This document shows, piece after piece, positions 21,326 through 25,082 of a stretch of 25,082 nucleotides of DNA (its first letter is position 1; every line of letters begins with the position of its first letter). The notes below the pieces were generated by a model. The model was given only the letters and a program-made list of their open reading frames with translations. It ran no database searches and was not told where the DNA came from. A program made the translations under genes and the position numbers. Source of the stretch: Octopus sinensis (taxonomy: Eukaryota); contig NW_021836227.1 in the NCBI RefSeq assembly GCF_006345805.1, positions 1-25,082 on the forward strand. The letters run 5' to 3'.

Positions 21326-21369
21326 ATTCTCACAAGCACATACATACATATCTGTGTGCGCTAGTGTGA

Positions 21370-21545
21370 CTTTATATGTAAGTGTATGTGTGTGATTCGA
21401 GTTTCTTGCCAGTGCAATCATCAGGTGAATCTCAGAGTAGCAGGAAACTTACTCGACCAAAACAAGATATCAGTCTCTAGTATGGTATAGAGTACTGCTT
21501 TTTTTTTTACCGATAGTCAGCATAGACCTATGTATATTCTTGATA
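21370..21545 (-). mobile_element. Hammerhead-relic element, paralogous to 10770-10950
   Basis: Minus strand CUGAUGA-UUGC(ACUG)GCAA-GAA-ACUCGAAU-C at 21394-21424. Confidence 0.55.
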
Positions 21546-21782
21546 TATATATATGAATACGTGAGAAAAAATGAGTTTAGTTAATCGAGGTAACCTGCGC
21601 TTAAATAATACTCCACCCGCCCTAATTACCCAACGAAACTAACCAATCTACCAGAAGCAAACCTCTACCCAGTGAATTTACCAGTGCAAGGACAAAATTT
21701 CAACGTAAGAATTACCACTTTACATTACCATCACATACGTTCAATTATTTTCGCATTCTAACCGATGCATCTATCTATACTC

Positions 21783-21832
21783 GCATTCTGAAGAGATTTA
21801 CTTACTCCTGTAAATCGAAACATCGTAAATGT
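21783..21832 (+). ncRNA. Type I hammerhead ribozyme, canonical core
   Basis: Stem I GCAUU/AAUGU, CUGAAGA (21788-21794), perfect 7-bp stem II GAUUUAC-UUACUCCU-GUAAAUC, GAA, stem III AC-AUC-GU, GUA, predicted cut after 21827. Confidence 0.8.
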
Positions 21833-21952
21833 CACCCTCAACTCTGTTTCTTACATTTTTGTTACCTATTTAATTAAAGAATTGCCAGCGTAATCAACGA
21901 GTCTCCCATTGTTATTATATCCATTTTCTTCACTTATATATATATATAATAT

Positions 21953-22168
21953 TCTTTTCTACTCTCGGCACAATGCTCGAAACTTTTGGGGAAGAGCCAG
22001 TCGATTAGATCGACCCCAGTACAGAACTGGTACTTAATTTATCAACGCCGAAATGATAAAGGGCAAAGTCGACCTCGGCGGAATTTGAACTCAGAACATA
22101 GACGGACGAAATACCTGTAAGAATTTCGCCCTGCGTTCTAACACTTCTTTCCGCCAGCTCACCGTCTT
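21953..22168 (-). mobile_element. SINE family E (first of tandem pair)
   Basis: Head with GAGTTCAAATTCC B box on the minus strand; body as at 11878-12097. Confidence 0.9.
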
Positions 22169-22171
22169 AAA

Positions 22172-22383
22172 TCTTTTCTACTTTAGGCACAAGGCTCGAA
22201 CTTTTCGGTGATGTGGCCAGTCAATTAGATCGACCCAAGTACGCAACTGGTACTTAATTTATCGACTCCGAAAGAATGAAAGGTAAAGTCGATCTAGGGG
22301 GAATTTGAACTCAGAACGTAAATTCAAACGAAATACCGCTATGCATTTCGCCTAGCGTGCTAACATGTCTGCCAGATCGCCTT
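22172..22383 (-). mobile_element. SINE family E (second of tandem pair)
   Basis: Directly adjacent full-length copy in the same orientation. Confidence 0.9.
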
Positions 22384-22424
22384 ATATATATATATATAAT
22401 ATATTGTACATACACTTATGTATG

Positions 22425-22575
22425 TTATACAGCAGTCTTCCACAGTTTCCAGTTACCATTCATTGACAATGCATTGCTCGACTCTGGGATCTAGAAGATG
22501 ACACTCACCAAGATGTTGTGCAGTGGGGTTGAATACGAAACCTTGTGGTTGCAGAACAAACTTCTGAAACACACT
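22425..22575 (-). mobile_element. Very diverged SINE family C head
   Basis: CAGTTTCC...CTAGAAGATGACAC..CAAG..GCAGTGGG.TTGAA..GAAACCTTGTGGTTG. Confidence 0.6.
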
Positions 22576-22599
22576 CACACAGGTACAAATATATGCCTG

Positions 22600-22882
22600 G
22601 GTTTCCATCAGTTACCGCAGCCAGTGTTCCAGTTGACTCGATCAATGGAACACCCTGCTCGTTAGATTAACGTCTAAGTGGCTGAGCACACTACAGACAC
22701 ACGTACCTTTAACTTAGTTCTCAAGGGGATTCATCATGGCACAGAATGCGACTCAGTTGCCAATGTGGGTTACATGTAGAATTCATTTTAGCCTGCTCAA
22801 GAATACAACGCACCGCCGAGTATCGTGCTCACGACTTCACAATCGTGAGCCAAATGCATTAACTACTACGCCATGAGCCTTC
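22600..22882 (-). mobile_element. Diverged SINE of the same type as 11505-11790
   Basis: TTCCAGTTGA..GATCAATGGAAC..CTGCTCGT..TTAACGT..AAGTGGCTGAGCAC; minus-strand head ATGGCGTAGTAGTTAATG...TTGTATTCTTGAGCA. Confidence 0.75.
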
Positions 22883-23457
22883 AACACACGTACACGCGCA
22901 CATTTAGACACACTCACACACGCACACACACACACGCGCGCCTGCGTGCACATACACACAGACATGCACGCACCCGTGCGCTGAACAAATGTATTGCAAA
23001 GCTGATTTCGGCCAAAATTGATCTCAGAGCACAAAGTGTCAGGACAAATGTCGTTGTAGATTCCATACAACGCTACGTCGATTCTACCTGTTCACCTATT
23101 TATAAAGAAAATATGTTGTTATTTAATTTATCTGTTGACATAGCCAGGGAAAGACACCAATGATGGAAAGGAATTGATGAGTGTTTCCATTGTGGACAAC
23201 CCATTATGGAAGCAAATGAGTTTTTCAAAGGGGACGCTATATTATCAGTGGCAAACTAATCAGATGAGAGAACCTCTAAGGGTTGCGCGTATTACTAGGA
23301 ACAGTTGCTATAAGTTCCTCCAAATCTTTCTCCAGTATATTGCCAAAAAAAAAAAAAGCAAGGACTACGTTAACCTATTTAATGATGTAGTCTTAGATAC
23401 ATTATGTCTAAAATGTTGGTAAACAGATGGCAAGGTTATGGAAAAATGTGTATAAGG

Positions 23458-23627
23458 CAGGTGTGGCTGTGTGGTAAGTAGCTTGCTTACCAGACACATG
23501 GTTCCGGGTTCAGTCCCACTGCGTGGCACCTTGGGCAAGTGTCTTCTACTATAGCCTCGGGCCGACAAAAGCCTTGTGAGTGGATTTGGTAGACGGAAAC
23601 TGAAAGAAGCCCGTCGTATATATGTAT

Positions 23628-23662
<35 letters not shown>

Positions 23663-23884
23663 GCGTGTGTGTGTTTGTGTGTCTGTGTTTGTCCCCCTAG
23701 CATTGCTTGACAACCGATGCTGGTGTGTTTATGTCCCCGTTACTTAGCGGTTCGGCAAAAGAGACCGATAGAATAAGTACTGGGCTTACAAAAAGAATAA
23801 GTCCCGGGGTCGAGTTGCTCGATTAAAAGCGGTGCTCTAGCATGGCCGCAGTCAAATGACTGAAACAAGTAAAAGAGTAAAAGA
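23458..23884 (+). mobile_element. Full-length young SINE family C, 8-bp TSD
   Basis: A-box-like TGGCTGTGTGG, B box GGTTCAGTCCC, internal (TA)n(TG)n, tail ending in a GTAAAAGA repeat. GTATAAGG at 23450-23457 and 23885-23892. Confidence 0.93.
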
Positions 23885-23979
23885 GTATAAGGATAAAGCT
23901 GTCTAAATCTGATCAGAGGACTATATAACAGGAACAAGAAAAATATCAAGGACGCAGGTTATAAATGTTATTACTGAGT

Positions 23980-24286
23980 CACACACACACATACACACAC
24001 ACACACACACACACAAACACATACATGCACACACACATACGTAAACACGCACACACACTCTCTCTCTCTTTCTGTCTAGTTTTCCTCCACCTCCTCCCTA
24101 TCTCTCCACATGGACAAACATACAACTACAGACACTTGAGTTCCTACATACACACACGTATGTGTCTGCCTATGTATGTATATATGTATGTATTTATGTA
24201 TGTATGTATGTATGTATGTATGTATGTATTTATCTATGTAAATATGTATGTATGTATCTATCTATCTATCTTTCTCTATCTATCTG

Positions 24287-24348
<62 letters not shown>

Positions 24349-24480
24349 ATTTATCTATCTCTATCTATCTATCTGTCTGTCTGTCTGTCTGTCTGTCTGT
24401 ATACATATATGCATATATATACGTATATATATATATATATATATTGGCACATACACACGCGCATATACTCAAACACGCAA
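23980..24480. repeat. Compound (CA)/(TATG)/(CTAT)/(CTGT)/(TA) microsatellites
   Basis: Read directly. Confidence 0.9.
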
Positions 24481-24764
24481 ACAGGTCAGCATTCACCTAG
24501 AAACTGAAATTTGCTTACGTCAGAAACTCGAAGTTTTTTATCAATATAGTTTAATAGTAATCAATAGAATTTAATTACTTTTTCAGATATGACGTAATAT
24601 CAACAATAGCAACAACAACAACAACAACAAGAAAAACAACAACAATAGCTGCAACGCCAAAAGCTAAAATAACCACACCAAATAACAACAATTATATCTA
24701 TAAAATTTTAATTTACTCAGCCGTAAGACTAGAATAATTTAACTCAAAAGTCTGTGTCTTACAG

Positions 24765-24932
24765 GCAGACGTTACTTATTGTTACGTTGCATTAGCAGCT
24801 GCCGTATTTACCTCTGGGTCAACGACTCTATCAACATTCACGACTCTTCCTCCCACTACACTCATCATGCACGTCGTTATGTCAAGCGGTGTGTCACAGT
24901 ATGCGTTGCTGGGTGTCTTCAGTGTGTCTGAG
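24765..24932 (+). CDS. Candidate internal exon (Thr/Ser-rich, hydrophobic); product not recognised
   Basis: Acceptor GTGTCTTACAG|, 56 open codons ADVTYCYVALAAAVFTSGSTTLSTFTTLPPTTLIMHVVMSSGVSQYALLGVFSVSE, donor |GTAGTT, phase 0-0, higher GC than surroundings. No homology evidence. Confidence 0.2.
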
Positions 24933-25082
24933 GTAGTTTGGATCTTCTATTTCTTTCTCCTTGCATACAGCAATTTCACTCTTCTAAATACATTCAAACG
25001 CACGAAATCCATCTTCTGTATTTACTTGCTCTTTTAATCAATCACATCTCAAATTTTCCTTCCACAGACTCATCCATGTCTG

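Noticed and set aside
24500-24540. Hammerhead-like string CTGAAAT...GAAACTCGAAGTT
   Set aside because: G8/A9 are not conserved and there is no stem II.
1-25082. CRISPR arrays, rRNA or prokaryotic operon-type systems
   Set aside because: No regularly spaced repeats with unique spacers and no rRNA-like sequence; the window is eukaryotic repeat-rich DNA.

Overview
AT-rich, almost entirely non-coding eukaryotic DNA saturated with microsatellites and dispersed repeats. The SINE repertoire and microsatellite load suggest a cephalopod (Octopus-like) genome; this is recognition from memory, not a database result. No intact protein-coding gene was recognised, and almost all listed ORFs are microsatellite translations. 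Supported features are about 20 copies or fragments of at least four tRNA-headed SINE families (four with clear TSDs), three decayed mariner (DD34D) remnants and one Helitron-like non-autonomous element. The most notable signal is a dense set of type I hammerhead ribozyme (HHR) motifs in short units mostly bounded by (TA)n tracts. Three have fully canonical cores (6847-6889 +, 17082-17170 +, 21783-21832 +), two form a variant-core family (285-320 -, 1642-1677 +), and five are relics. Most have a short palindromic stem III, as in dimer-acting hammerheads of Penelope-like retroelements (PLEs) and retrozymes. Several short fold-back or templated inverted duplications sit next to (TA)n tracts or insertion junctions. 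Family labels A, B, C, E and X are my own working names.
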